From a virus (taxonomy: Duplodnaviria > Caudoviricetes): 64,000 nucleotides of DNA. Both the position numbers and the translations under genes were made by a program. Location: the IMG/VR virus record IMGVR_UViG_3300008954_000001. One strand, 5' to 3'. How positions within the stretch are numbered: the first letter of the stretch is position 1; each line of letters begins with the position of its first letter. Below the pieces are notes generated by a model. The model was not told the DNA's origin. It made no database searches and saw only the letters and a list, made by a program, of their open reading frames with translations. Positions 1 to 10,816 of this stretch are shown here, piece by piece.

Positions 1-3000
1 CGGGTGGGGGCTTCACTATCAACTTACCGAAGGTGTACCCCTGCGTATAAGAGACACACTCGGAACGGCGGGTTTCATAAGCGAAGCGTAAGCCCTTCAT
101 GGCATCCGATAGTGGGTCCAAAACATAGTTATGGAACCTACGGATGCGACGAACGGAGAACTGTACTCGTTCTACAAAGTGATCAAAGGGGTAATCTGGA
201 ACCGTGTCACCATCTTCATCAGCGATGAAGTCTAAGACAGTTCGTTCACCGACCTCATTCGGGTCAAGGCTTTCCTCTGTGGCTGGCACAGTGCCGTTAT
301 CATCACAAACAACTGAACGGGTCGCCCGACCTAAATCAAAGGTCGGCCTTGGGAAGTTGGGTTCAAGGAAAACCCCCGCCTCTGCCCAAAAGGTCGCATT
401 GAATACCGTACCAGGGAGCAGACAGTTGAGACAGTTGTTTGCCACCGAAGCGGTGGGGTCGTTGATCCCAAATTCTCCACCAAGAGACAGAAACGAAATA
501 TCAATGTATGTGGGGATAGTCTCGTAGGCGGCCAGAGCGTTCTCGTCTTCTTGGAACTCTCCATGAACCCAACCCGTCGCAGGGGTCTTACCTACCAGAA
601 TATGTCCCTCTGGACCCTTATCGGGGTTGACCCCCATCCAATCGTGTTTGCGGATACGGGCACGGTTGTAAAGCCCGTCATAAGGCAACGGCGGTTCGTA
701 ATCCCCGTCTCCATGGGCGGTCCAAGTTTGGGTGTCCCCATAAGCCATATCTTCATTTTGAAGCTGAATATCTACGAACCCACGAATAGCTCGATGCTCT
801 CGTAAGCCGTCTACGCCGAGATCGGTCGCCCTTGGGTTCGGGTCGTCGGGAAGCTCGCTCCAATCATGGCCTGACAGTCGAATATCGGGGTACTTGGTAG
901 TGTTGGGGTGTTTGATATTGATTGGAAAGAACTTCGCTCCTGTGATGTTCTTTCCAACAGAAGCGATCACTAACTCTTTAGCGTCCTCGTAAGAAAGAAC
1001 GGTGCCTCCCCCTCCTTTTGCCGTATCGAGATCAAGCGTAAAAGTTCCTGCCGCCGCATCAATCGCCGTGTATTCGCACCGAAGAACCGCTTCATCCAAG
1101 TCGGTCTGGTTCATACTGTCGGTGGGGTTTTCAAACAGGATGTAAAGGTAAGCCTCAAAAAGACCTACACCTCCGGGGTCTAACCAACTTGTTCCGTTCG
1201 TAGTGGGTGCGCCGTCAAAAGTTCGGAGACCTGAAACGGTAAGAATGTCGTTGGCCTCATCAAAAGCTGTGATAGCTGGAACACGAAGGTCCAACCACCC
1301 ATCATTTGTGTTCCAATTAACTGTTTCTTCGGATGCTCGAACAGGTCGCATCGGGGCTTTTTGCCCGTTGATGGTTCCAGTTCCTTCCCAAGCGGGATCG
1401 GGATAAAACGTCCCCCCCGCTGGTGTCAGATTTTTCCCGTCCGAATGGTTTTGGGGGTCGAGGCCGTAGCGCACCAAATAGGTGCCGACTTTAGTAGAGG
1501 CGTACTCTCCTGGCCCTGTTTGAATGTAAACCACATCTCCCGCTTCCACTTCGGGGCACTTGAAGGAGCACTCATCGGGATCGTTCAGATATGGCATAGT
1601 TTCATCCATACTGTACGTTGAGATACGATTCGGGAACGAGCTTGAACCCGTTAACGGGTCTGCGTCTGCGTCTTGGTGCCAGAGCATGTCCCCATATCTT
1701 CCTTCGGGCAGATTGGGGGGGATCACCAGCGAGGTTGGTGTCAGGTCAGAGGACGGGATCGCCGCTGTCTTGGCCGCTTCTGTGAAGGTGATTGGGACAT
1801 TCCCGTGGGCTTCAAAGCCCATCACTCTCAAGACCCCATAACCAGTTCGCCAATAGCCCACACCGTCAATCGTAGGGGGTTCCTCTCCAGCAGGTATGTT
1901 GTCGGGATCGATATCCGTCATCCAATCGTGTCGAGGAAGGAAGGTGAACGGAACGCCCCCATTAACATGCGCCATGTCGTTTACGTTGAGGGGGATCTCT
2001 ACTGGCAATCCTATCCAGTTGAAGTAATCGGAGTCGGTTTCAATCGCTTGCCCCGTGACCTTGGAGACGTTCAGATCCATTTCCAAGTTGATCTCGGAAA
2101 TCGGATGGGTGGTGCCTCGAACTTTCCCGTTACGGACATCCACAGGGCAGGTGAAGGTCAGACGGTCTGAATCAATGTACGCATTGACTCCATCGATAAC
2201 CTCCACGCTCATAAGCACTTCCTCATAAGCGTCGGCAAAATCGCTCACAATGGCGGGGGAGTGATCAATAATATCCCCTTCCCACACCTCGGCATGGCCC
2301 CATGTGTAGCGTTCACGAGGGATAAAGGGGGCAATACTTGGGTCTCCCGAACCATCGTTGATTTCATACGGAAGGTTGTCCGTCAGGTCGATATGGACAA
2401 ACCTCGTCCAATCGAACCATGAACTCACGGCGTTGGGATCATGGTCAGGATTAGCCAACCCTTCGTCGGGGTGGCCTGGAGGGAACGGGTCTGAATACTG
2501 TTCGGGAGCTTCGGGGTGGTAGGTCCGAATCACCATCACCGCACTCGGAGAGTCGTTGGTGGTGTACAGCCATTGTTCGTGCAGGGTTCCACCTACCCCA
2601 TCGGGTGTTTGGATATACCCGATGGGGGAGCCGTCTATTTCAAGTTGGAACACATGCGCTGCACCTGCCCCGCCCATAAGTTCGGGATCGTCTCCCATCG
2701 TGACTTTGACGACATCGAGCGTAAGGAGCACGGAGCCGTCTCCCGCAAGCGCATCGGGTTCGTAAGAGTAAGTGATTGGCGGGCCGGGATCTTCGATCAA
2801 AGTCGCCCGTTGTAGAAGCTGGAAGGTCAGCTTGGTTCCGACTTCTGCTTGTGCAAGAAGGTCATTCAACCCCCCTGTAGCAACATCATATCCGGGCGTA
2901 CCGCTGGAAGGATCGTAGTAGCCACTTCCAAACGGAGTGGTGTCGTTCGCCGCCCCGTCATCTACATTGAAGCCGATGATCTCGAACTCAAGCCTTGTCT

Positions 3001-6000
3001 CGGTGTATCCCTGCTCATGGGGGAAAAGAGGGTCCGAACCATTTACAACGGTCTCTCGAACCCGAAGCCCCGACTCCACATAAATAGCGTCCGACTCGAA
3101 GTTCCCCATCGTCGCCATGGCCCGATTGATTTCATAGTTGATCGGGGTTTCAGGCTTCGACCGAGTAACGAATCGAGGGACCGAGATAACGGAATACCTG
3201 TCTGGCTCTTCTCCATGAACGGTGTAGCCGCCTACAGACAAGAACCCTTGGACCCCTGCTGGTGCAGGGAGTGGAGCACCTTGATCTGTTTCAATAAGGA
3301 CCAAATCTCCCGCTCGGAGATCCCCCAACCCACTACCATCCTCGTAAGTACCACCCACAGGGGCAGCGTCAGCCTCTAACTTCAACCCTGACCCGTCTGC
3401 TTCTGCAAGAGGGAAAGCCGTGTTGAAAATCTCATCGGGATAAACAGACTTCCACACATGGGGGAGTGGGGTGAAAGTGCTGTCCTGCTGCATAATGGCG
3501 ATAACGCTCGCCATAGCCTCCCTGAGCCGCACCAACTCTGTGTTGGTAGACTTCATATAGGGGAGGGTGTAATCCCCGCTGTCGTCCCGTGTCTCGCCTT
3601 TGAGGGCGGGGATCGCAAGGGGGGTCAAGCTGGAATTATAGAAATCCGCATCCCCCTCAATACGTTGATGTGGGTTCGGCCCGTGTTGCCCAAACATCTC
3701 GTGTATTCCGAGCATTGGAGTGGACCATTCAGGGAAAGTAAGGTCTCGAATCCGCCCGCTTCCTGAAACAGTGTAATCAAAGCCTTCTCGGTAGGTGGGT
3801 AGGCTGGAAGCGTATGCTCCCAAGTCACTAAATGAGGGATCGTCGGGGTCTACGCCTTCCGTTGAAACCCCGTCTCCGACCAGCATGACCAAAGTATCAG
3901 AATGGGCCAGCGTGATTGGCTCCTCGTTGTTAGCGGGATCAATGATCATGTTGGGATTGGTGATGATGTCCCCTGAAGCAAAGGTCATCACGCAGCCCTT
4001 GATGATTTCTCCAACGAAGAGTTCCTTGAACTCCTCGTTCGGACCCCACCCAGTCTTTTCGTTGTATTTCGGAACCACCATATCGCCATTCGGGTGTCCG
4101 AATTGGAGCCTCATACCAACGGCCCATGGTGGAACATGATCTTCCCAGTTACCCGTATTCAGGTCGGGCAATCCGTTTTCAGGGTCGGTGGTGGCAAACG
4201 AAGCTATGTTGGGCCAGCCCTCCTTTAGGGGGAAATCGGGCAAATCCACCACACTGGCGATTACGGCGGGGCGGGGGATCTCGGAAAAGGAATTTGGGTC
4301 TGCAACCCCACCATCAAACAACTCCTCGTCCAGTTCGGGGAACCCGATAATACTGTATCGAAACACCCGTGCTCGTGCGGTTCGTGGCCGCATGGTGGTG
4401 TCCGTAACATTTGTAATGGGGCCAATAACAGGGTTCTCCACTTGACCGATAGTCGATAGGAAAGTGCTTCGGAGTTTCCAATCCATGATCTTGAGGAAAG
4501 AATATGTCCCAAAGTCCATATTCTTAGGGTCAGCCCCTAATCCCGGATAGGTGGTGGTGAAGTAATTAGCCTTATTCGGGAAGATGCGAGAAAGATAATG
4601 CGTCTCCTCCATCGAACGAATCCGACCCTTGATCTCAATCTGAGGCCAACCAGGAAAACGCCATCGGATACCTGAGACCCTAAAACCAATCACTACTCGG
4701 TCGTCCACATCGTTTTTGATGTATTCCATCTGATTGTCGATCAGCAGTTCTCGCCAATCGGAAGATGGCATTACCCCATCCAACTCTTCGGCAGAGTCGA
4801 TGGAGAAATCTGTCGGGTCCACAATCAAATCATCTTCGTCTACGATGACATCTGTATCCGGGGGCATAAACCTCAAGAAGGCTCGCCCATACGCATAACG
4901 AGGGTTCAATTTCCCTGAAACAGGGTTGGTGAAGCCAGGGGGTGTGTATTCCAGCCCCTCTCCAACCCAAAAACGGAACTTACCGTCTCGATCTCCAACG
5001 ATTCGGCCCGTAGCGGCCTCGCTGATCTGTTCAAACCCAACGCAAACTTCATTGAAGAAGCTCAGATAGGCACGGGCTGCCCGATCAGTGTCATACAAAT
5101 GATCTTGTTCAACCTTGATCCCAACCCGACCGTTCTCCCAGTTCTTATCTCCACCAACAGCAAGCGTAGAGCCGTAAGAACTTTGCTTGGCGGCGGCCTT
5201 CTTGATGATTTCTGTTGCCGCTTCGCCCGCAAAATCCAACAGTGGGATGGCTCGGTAATAGAACGAGTCTGGTGTGTGATAGGAATACGTCCCCATCAGC
5301 AGGTTCCCCAACAAACCGTTGCCTTCAGATGGGGCAACCTCGTGAAGGTATCGAAGATTGAAAGTGGGGAACTGAGGGTAGCCCTCGACCATTTTAGGCT
5401 TCACTACTCGGATTCTAATCCTACGGAAAGTTAGCCGTTGGTCGCTCTGAATGTACTGTTGGATTGGGTACTGGAAATCGATATCCCCTGTTTGGGGATC
5501 AGCGATATAGTCTTGGAACGGGGTCATTGTGCGACCTGGAAGGGTCGTCCCAAACTTATCGACCTCTCCCCACAAAACGACATCGGTCTCTTCGGATGCC
5601 AAAAAGGGCCTTCCAAAACCTAAATACGTCGTATCGTCAGGGGGGTAGATGGGTCGGGTGCTGACCAACACTTCATCGTCCCCGTACAAAATGCCCTTAG
5701 GAAGGGGTGGGGTGATGGAAACGGTTGTCCTTGTGCCGTCCTCGGACAGTGCCAACCCTGTAATCGTATGGGGAGAGCCGCCGATCTCAATCAAGAAGCC
5801 TTGGCCCAACGCCTCGATCAAGTTCGCAAAGAAAATAACCTCTCCCCGTGTTTTCGGGGTTGGCTCAAAACCTACGTTGGAGGGTTCGGGTTCATCGGGG
5901 TTTCCGAAAACAAGCCGTTCCCCTATCGGAACCAGAAACCCGTGTGGTGAAGAAGCTGTGTTACCCCAAAGGTTCCCACTTGGGTCTTCGGAGATCACCA

Positions 6001-9000
6001 CGGGATCAGAAGGATCTACCTCTCTTGCTACAGGCCATTCCGTAATCAGGCTTAGAACATCATTTCCAGGTGCTCTGGACCCTGCTCCCGACGATGGGCT
6101 TTCAGGATAAAAAGTAACTGTGGTTAGGTCTGTTTCCGCATCGTAGGCGACAGCTTTCAAGTAAAAGAGAACCGACCCAAGACGCATCAGTTGGCCGGGG
6201 TGTAGATCCGCACTCCGATCTTCTAAAAGCTCAAATGAGGATACCTTTCCATCAAGGAAAAACGGTGGGCGGTACACGGGAGGTGCCGAAACCGTATAAA
6301 CCGACTCTCCCCCAAAGGCTTCAAGCACCGCATAAGTAATCGTGACCTTACGGCCAGCCAAAGTAGCGGCATATGTCCCATCCCAAACAGGAGTCGTCTC
6401 AATTATGGGGGAGTCAGGGTCTAAGGGGTCGGACAGCACAGCTTCAGGAAGGTCGGGTACATCGTATTCAAGTGTGATCTCATTCGTTTCGTAATCGACC
6501 GACGCTATGATCGGCCCATATTCTGAGGCCATCTCTGGACCCACATAGATAATAGGCTCAATGTCCTGACGGACTGTTCGCCCTGTCGGATTGAACTTGA
6601 AGGTGGTGTTATTGACCTTCTCACATTCTTCGGCTCGAACATGCAGCGGTAGGAACTCGACGATTTCTGGCAGGATGTTGTCGTCGTCATCTTTTAGAAG
6701 CTCTCCCGCCGCATTTGTCGTCTGATAGGTGGCTTCCACAATTTGCCACTCAAGCAACTGCTCTCGGAACATGAAAGCACCAGCCATCGGATTGAGAAAC
6801 ACATCGGTTTGATCCTCTGTGACCATCCGAGAATCCCAATACACTTGCTCACCCATATTGTTCGCAATATCGATCTCGCTAAGAGCAATCGTGCCGTCAA
6901 CCGAGTTCACCTCGGCTTTCCCCGCTTCCAACAGTTCGGGAGGGAAAAGAGTCTCTTCGTAAATGACGATTGCTTGACCATAATCGTCAAGAATCTGACT
7001 GCTGAACTTTAGCTCACGAGTATCTGCTGTAATTTCAACCCCTGTGGGGTCTTCACTGAAATCATCGCTTGTCGGAACTTCGACAAGCTCATCCGAAGCA
7101 ATAAGAAGCGTGGCGATCCGAAGCCGATAATCCCCCGAAGCAAGATGGGTGTCGTCAGGGATATGGTTGGAAGTCAGAAACAAGGAAGCGTTCGCCAAAA
7201 GTCCTAACTCGGTAGTTTCCAACCACCGCACTGCGGCCCTTGGCGCAAAGTAAGATAGCCCGTCTACTTCGGATTCGATCAAAGTGTGGTGCAGCCCAAA
7301 ACGAATCCGAACTCGTCGTTCACGAGCCAAGTCTTGACTCACATTCGCTATTAAAGCGTCAGTCCCGATCACCCCAACAGGAGATAGTAGGTGAATCTGA
7401 AACGTCTCTCGTGGCATGTGATTGAAGCGTTTGTAGACATAATCAACACTCAATTGATCGTCGATCTCATCGGGGGTTCGTAACGAGTAGACCTCCCACG
7501 AAACCACCCCATCTGAATCCGATGGGAAATTGGGCCACACGGTAAGAGTGTCCTCGTCAAACGCCTCGATCAAATAGGAGCCGACAGAATCCCCTGTGAG
7601 GACTTTCAGGCGGGCACCAATGGCAATGTCAGGGATAGCGTTGAAGCCAACCCCCTCAGGCCCCGCTGAGTCGTCTGTGAACACATTCCCACCCTCATCG
7701 AAGGTGCCTTTCGCCCCCAAGGATAGAAGTGCTCCGATCTCCTGAATCAGGATAGCGTTCCCTGTCGCCCCTTCTTGGGGAAACAAGTAATCTTCTCCGT
7801 CTGTTTGATACTTATATCCGTCCGTACCGGGATCACGGCTTAAGAAGAAGCCTTTGAGGGCGGGATGTAGGCTTTCGGGAACAACCCCTTGAACCCCGAA
7901 GCTGATTGTAGATACGGGGGTCTTGGTTTGAAACGCTACCGCCCTACTCCCCAACCAAACAAAGCGACCGATCCCAAACTGGTGGAGGATATCCTCCATG
8001 TGGACAAGACTTCGCTGGTATGGACCATCAAAAATCTCAAAGAAAACCCCTTCATCAACACCAGCCACATCTTCCAGCGGGGCTTGTTGAAGGAACATAT
8101 AGGGGGAGCCACCAACATCCCCCAAATAAAGGCTTTCAATGCGGTTCGTGGCCCGAAAGTCGGGAGTTCCGTCATCGTTCCCCTTATTGAAAGGGGTTCT
8201 TTTGAAGCCGATGCAACCCCCGGTATCTGGTAGCCAGTTCAAGTCTAATGAGGTGCCAGCCAAATTGACATCTGTAAGGGGGTAGGATGTCTTCCAGAAG
8301 GGGTTGAAGCCTAAAGCCGCACACCCTGAAAAGTCCTTCTCTCCGTCCACCCCTGGAAGGATCTCAATCATCCCCTCACCCGAAGTGGCCGTTAGGAAAA
8401 GACGGTTTCCGATGTAGCCAGCTTCGTAGCCGCTGCCGTCCAGAATAAGGTTGATGCTTTCGGAGACTTCCTTCGCCGTATATGTGTCGGGATCAACCGT
8501 CACTTCTTCTGTAAGTGAGAGAGCTTCCCAGATTTTGTAATGACTTCCCCCAACAACTAACTGCAAAACCTCGTCACCACGAAGAGCGTAGGGTCCATCT
8601 TTCCGAGAAAACATGCGGATATCGGACGCATAAAAGGCTGGCGTAAAGTCTGTGTTTTGGAAGTAAAGTGGCAACCCCTGTCGCTCATCTTGGTTAGGGG
8701 CTGACCGATTGAATACAAGGGGTGAAGTCTCCGCCCCACCATGATTAGAGGAGCCATAAGTAGTGTAAACCTGAGTCAGGCTTGGGCCAAAAACCCCATC
8801 CAAGTCATCGGGGTCTTTTTTGACCACCAAATCCTCAAAAGCCTTATTGGGGTTGAATAGGAAAGTGTCTCCAACCCCCCGACACTTCCGAACTACGCCT
8901 GACTTCCCCGGCCTTCGTCCAACGACCTGACTAAAATTAGGCTCTCGCCCTGTCTTGTCCTCTTCGATCCTTATTCCAGAAACACCAAGGCCGGGAACTG

Positions 9001-10804
9001 GAATCGCTACGGGAGCGTTATACCCATCAGACTCCGTAAACTCATCGGTCACAAGTGCGGGAGCCTTTAACGGTTGGGCAACTCGGCACATAGCAACGCC
9101 GTCGTAGTAAAGGGTAGCCCCTGACCACAAAGGCTCAAAATCATCGTTTGGGGCATCCACCTCCCCCATATCCGCTTTTGTTATGTCAGCGGCACTCAAC
9201 TTGATTTGACCTGTCGTCAAAGACACGCCAACTTGACCCGTGTTGATAATCGAATCGCCCAACTGCTGATCGTTATCCGCAAACTGAACGTCCAACCACT
9301 GTCGATTTCCGATCTTCAGTAGGGGTCTTTCTGTAGAACTTGGGATCGGAGAAATGAATAGAGGTTCGAGATCCGTGCCAAGGATCTTCCCCACTTCACC
9401 TTCAGACTCCGACTCGAAGATATCTTGTATGTACCAAATAGTCTGGCCCGCATACTGAGCAAAGACTCCTGGGTGCCACTGAATAATGCCGTTCTTGTCC
9501 CCAACGATCCCAACGGGAGCGGGGTCAAGCACAGAAAAGTCGTAGGTGGCATCATCAATAATGCTGTCAGGTACAACCAAGATCCCACGGAAACCAATCG
9601 TGCCTGCCTCATCGTCCCCTAAAGGGATTGATCCAGCATCAGGACGAACCCCTAAGCGCACCATGGCTACGGAATCAGGGATTTGTGTGCCGACTAAGTA
9701 ATCCCCGACAACCAGATTCTTTGGTCGAGGGGCTAACTGAGTTGTGGCTTTTTCAGCGTCCAATCGGCCCAAATTCTTGATGGGGCCGCCCTTGTAGGGT
9801 GCCCAACGCTGATCTTTCCCGCTAAACCCAAAACGAGTTTGAGAAGGGTCATTGCGAGTCCACCAAAACTTAGGGGGGGACAGATAATAACCAACCTCTG
9901 TGACCCGATCTCCTCGTTTATGGCTCAACCCCGCCACAGAGTTCTCAGTTGGACTCAGCACACCCCGATTGAAGACGGTGTCCTCAACATAGATCACGCC
10001 AGAGTTGGGGGCGGGGCAAGAAATGTTGCCATCGGCTACCGAAAGGGTCACATCATCCCAATCGTCTGACCAATCCCCTCTACGGACGTTGATATAAGCC
10101 ACCCCTGATATGGTTCGGCCACCGTCATCTGTCAAAATGACTCGGCTGCTGGCCGTCAAAGGAGCTAAAACCTGCGCCACTACCTCTAAGGCTTCAGGAA
10201 CAACCTCTCCCTCTGGCATATAGAGTTCAAACGGCTCTGTAAGGGTCAGACTGTCAATGTCCAACACCTCCGCCACAGTTACGGCGTATTCAGTCCCAAA
10301 GGAATCCTCAAAAATAATGGTGGCATCAGTGCTCAGTTCAGAAACAAAATTTGTCCCAAGCCCTGTCACCAAAGTCGAGTCGTTCATAAACGCTACGATG
10401 CCCGTCAAGAACACGGGAAGAGTATCGTCCTCATCGAGACTGTTACAGGACTCAGACCCGTTTACAGGTATCCTACAAGAGCCTTGGGTCACCACGAAGT
10501 CGCCACCCTCAACCGTAGCGACACTCCCTGTGGTAGCGGCGAATACCAAGTATTCCTCTAATTCGCCCTCATTCCCCATAAGAACTGAAGAACGGTACTG
10601 ATCGACACAAGGATGGGTTGGGTGATCTCCCCAAGCAGTTCGGAAGCCTTCGGAATACCCAAACCCAATGGGAGTGTGAGGTTCCGTTCCGTCAGAGAGC
10701 TTCTTAATGTCGAAATCGACACCCCCCCGTGGTGCCCCCGTTTTGGGGTCATTCGAGGGGGCTACTCTTGGCCCTCTAAGTACGTGTCCATCAAAATTGC
10801 TCAA
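1..10804 (-). CDS. Giant (>3600 aa) acidic virion protein, probable baseplate wedge / fibre-attachment protein; 3' end lies beyond the left edge
   Basis: Not in the ORF track. Hand translation of the minus frame starting at TTG 10804 (MSNFDGHVLRGPRVAPSNDPKTG...) was open at every point checked (about 10.1, 8.6, 5.4, 3.3, 2.4, 0.9-0.55 kb and 1-120, ending ...QGYTFGKLIVKPPP). It follows the spike genes. All short ORFs in 1-10.8 kb are its shadows. Confidence 0.8.
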   Translation of the reverse strand, partial: MSNFDGHVLRGPRVAPSNDPKTGAPRGGVDFDIKKLSDGTEPHTPIGFGYSEGFRTAWGDHPTHPCVDQYRSSVLMGNEGELEEYLVFAATTGSVATVEGGDFVVTQGSCRIPVNGSESCNSLDEDDTLPVFLTGIVAFMNDSTLVTGLGTNFVSELSTDATIIFEDSFGTEYAVTVAEVLDIDSLTLTEPFELYMPEGEVVPEALEVVAQVLAPLTASSRVILTDDGGRTISGVAYINVRRGDWSDDWDDVTLSVADGNISCPAPNSGVIYVEDTVFNRGVLSPTENSVAGLSHKRGDRVTEVGYYLSPPKFWWTRNDPSQTRFGFSGKDQRWAPYKGGPIKNLGRLDAEKATTQLAPRPKNLVVGDYLVGTQIPDSVAMVRLGVRPDAGSIPLGDDEAGTIGFRGILVVPDSIIDDATYDFSVLDPAPVGIVGDKNGIIQWHPGVFAQYAGQTIWYIQDIFESESEGEVGKILGTDLEPLFISPIPSSTERPLLKIGNRQWLDVQFADNDQQLGDSIINTGQVGVSLTTGQIKLSAADITKADMGEVDAPNDDFEPLWSGATLYYDGVAMCRVAQPLKAPALVTDEFTESDGYNAPVAIPVPGLGVSGIRIEEDKTGREPNFSQVVGRRPGKSGVVRKCRGVGDTFLFNPNKAFEDLVVKKDPDDLDGVFGPSLTQVYTTYGSSNHGGAETSPLVFNRSAPNQDERQGLPLYFQNTDFTPAFYASDIRMFSRKDGPYALRGDEVLQLVVGGSHYKIWEALSLTEEVTVDPDTYTAKEVSESINLILDGSGYEAGYIGNRLFLTATSGEGMIEILPGVDGEKDFSGCAALGFNPFWKTSYPLTDVNLAGTSLDLNWLPDTGGCIGFKRTPFNKGNDDGTPDFRATNRIESLYLGDVGGSPYMFLQQAPLEDVAGVDEGVFFEIFDGPYQRSLVHMEDILHQFGIGRFVWLGSRAVAFQTKTPVSTISFGVQGVVPESLHPALKGFFLSRDPGTDGYKYQTDGEDYLFPQEGATGNAILIQEIGALLSLGAKGTFDEGGNVFTDDSAGPEGVGFNAIPDIAIGARLKVLTGDSVGSYLIEAFDEDTLTVWPNFPSDSDGVVSWEVYSLRTPDEIDDQLSVDYVYKRFNHMPRETFQIHLLSPVGVIGTDALIANVSQDLARERRVRIRFGLHHTLIESEVDGLSYFAPRAAVRWLETTELGLLANASLFLTSNHIPDDTHLASGDYRLRIATLLIASDELVEVPTSDDFSEDPTGVEITADTRELKFSSQILDDYGQAIVIYEETLFPPELLEAGKAEVNSVDGTIALSEIDIANNMGEQVYWDSRMVTEDQTDVFLNPMAGAFMFREQLLEWQIVEATYQTTNAAGELLKDDDDNILPEIVEFLPLHVRAEECEKVNNTTFKFNPTGRTVRQDIEPIIYVGPEMASEYGPIIASVDYETNEITLEYDVPDLPEAVLSDPLDPDSPIIETTPVWDGTYAATLAGRKVTITYAVLEAFGGESVYTVSAPPVYRPPFFLDGKVSSFELLEDRSADLHPGQLMRLGSVLFYLKAVAYDAETDLTTVTFYPESPSSGAGSRAPGNDVLSLITEWPVAREVDPSDPVVISEDPSGNLWGNTASSPHGFLVPIGERLVFGNPDEPEPSNVGFEPTPKTRGEVIFFANLIEALGQGFLIEIGGSPHTITGLALSEDGTRTTVSITPPLPKGILYGDDEVLVSTRPIYPPDDTTYLGFGRPFLASEETDVVLWGEVDKFGTTLPGRTMTPFQDYIADPQTGDIDFQYPIQQYIQSDQRLTFRRIRIRVVKPKMVEGYPQFPTFNLRYLHEVAPSEGNGLLGNLLMGTYSYHTPDSFYYRAIPLLDFAGEAATEIIKKAAAKQSSYGSTLAVGGDKNWENGRVGIKVEQDHLYDTDRAARAYLSFFNEVCVGFEQISEAATGRIVGDRDGKFRFWVGEGLEYTPPGFTNPVSGKLNPRYAYGRAFLRFMPPDTDVIVDEDDLIVDPTDFSIDSAEELDGVMPSSDWRELLIDNQMEYIKNDVDDRVVIGFRVSGIRWRFPGWPQIEIKGRIRSMEETHYLSRIFPNKANYFTTTYPGLGADPKNMDFGTYSFLKIMDWKLRSTFLSTIGQVENPVIGPITNVTDTTMRPRTARARVFRYSIIGFPELDEELFDGGVADPNSFSEIPRPAVIASVVDLPDFPLKEGWPNIASFATTDPENGLPDLNTGNWEDHVPPWAVGMRLQFGHPNGDMVVPKYNEKTGWGPNEEFKELFVGEIIKGCVMTFASGDIITNPNMIIDPANNEEPITLAHSDTLVMLVGDGVSTEGVDPDDPSFSDLGAYASSLPTYREGFDYTVSGSGRIRDLTFPEWSTPMLGIHEMFGQHGPNPHQRIEGDADFYNSSLTPLAIPALKGETRDDSGDYTLPYMKSTNTELVRLREAMASVIAIMQQDSTFTPLPHVWKSVYPDEIFNTAFPLAEADGSGLKLEADAAPVGGTYEDGSGLGDLRAGDLVLIETDQGAPLPAPAGVQGFLSVGGYTVHGEEPDRYSVISVPRFVTRSKPETPINYEINRAMATMGNFESDAIYVESGLRVRETVVNGSDPLFPHEQGYTETRLEFEIIGFNVDDGAANDTTPFGSGYYDPSSGTPGYDVATGGLNDLLAQAEVGTKLTFQLLQRATLIEDPGPPITYSYEPDALAGDGSVLLTLDVVKVTMGDDPELMGGAGAAHVFQLEIDGSPIGYIQTPDGVGGTLHEQWLYTTNDSPSAVMVIRTYHPEAPEQYSDPFPPGHPDEGLANPDHDPNAVSSWFDWTRFVHIDLTDNLPYEINDGSGDPSIAPFIPRERYTWGHAEVWEGDIIDHSPAIVSDFADAYEEVLMSVEVIDGVNAYIDSDRLTFTCPVDVRNGKVRGTTHPISEINLEMDLNVSKVTGQAIETDSDYFNWIGLPVEIPLNVNDMAHVNGGVPFTFLPRHDWMTDIDPDNIPAGEEPPTIDGVGYWRTGYGVLRVMGFEAHGNVPITFTEAAKTAAIPSSDLTPTSLVIPPNLPEGRYGDMLWHQDADADPLTGSSSFPNRISTYSMDETMPYLNDPDECSFKCPEVEAGDVVYIQTGPGEYASTKVGTYLVRYGLDPQNHSDGKNLTPAGGTFYPDPAWEGTGTINGQKAPMRPVRASEETVNWNTNDGWLDLRVPAITAFDEANDILTVSGLRTFDGAPTTNGTSWLDPGGVGLFEAYLYILFENPTDSMNQTDLDEAVLRCEYTAIDAAAGTFTLDLDTAKGGGGTVLSYEDAKELVIASVGKNITGAKFFPINIKHPNTTKYPDIRLSGHDWSELPDDPNPRATDLGVDGLREHRAIRGFVDIQLQNEDMAYGDTQTWTAHGDGDYEPPLPYDGLYNRARIRKHDWMGVNPDKGPEGHILVGKTPATGWVHGEFQEDENALAAYETIPTYIDISFLSLGGEFGINDPTASVANNCLNCLLPGTVFNATFWAEAGVFLEPNFPRPTFDLGRATRSVVCDDNGTVPATEESLDPNEVGERTVLDFIADEDGDTVPDYPFDHFVERVQFSVRRIRRFHNYVLDPLSDAMKGLRFAYETRRSECVSYTQGYTFGKLIVKPPP

Positions 10805-10816
10805 ACCACTACACCA

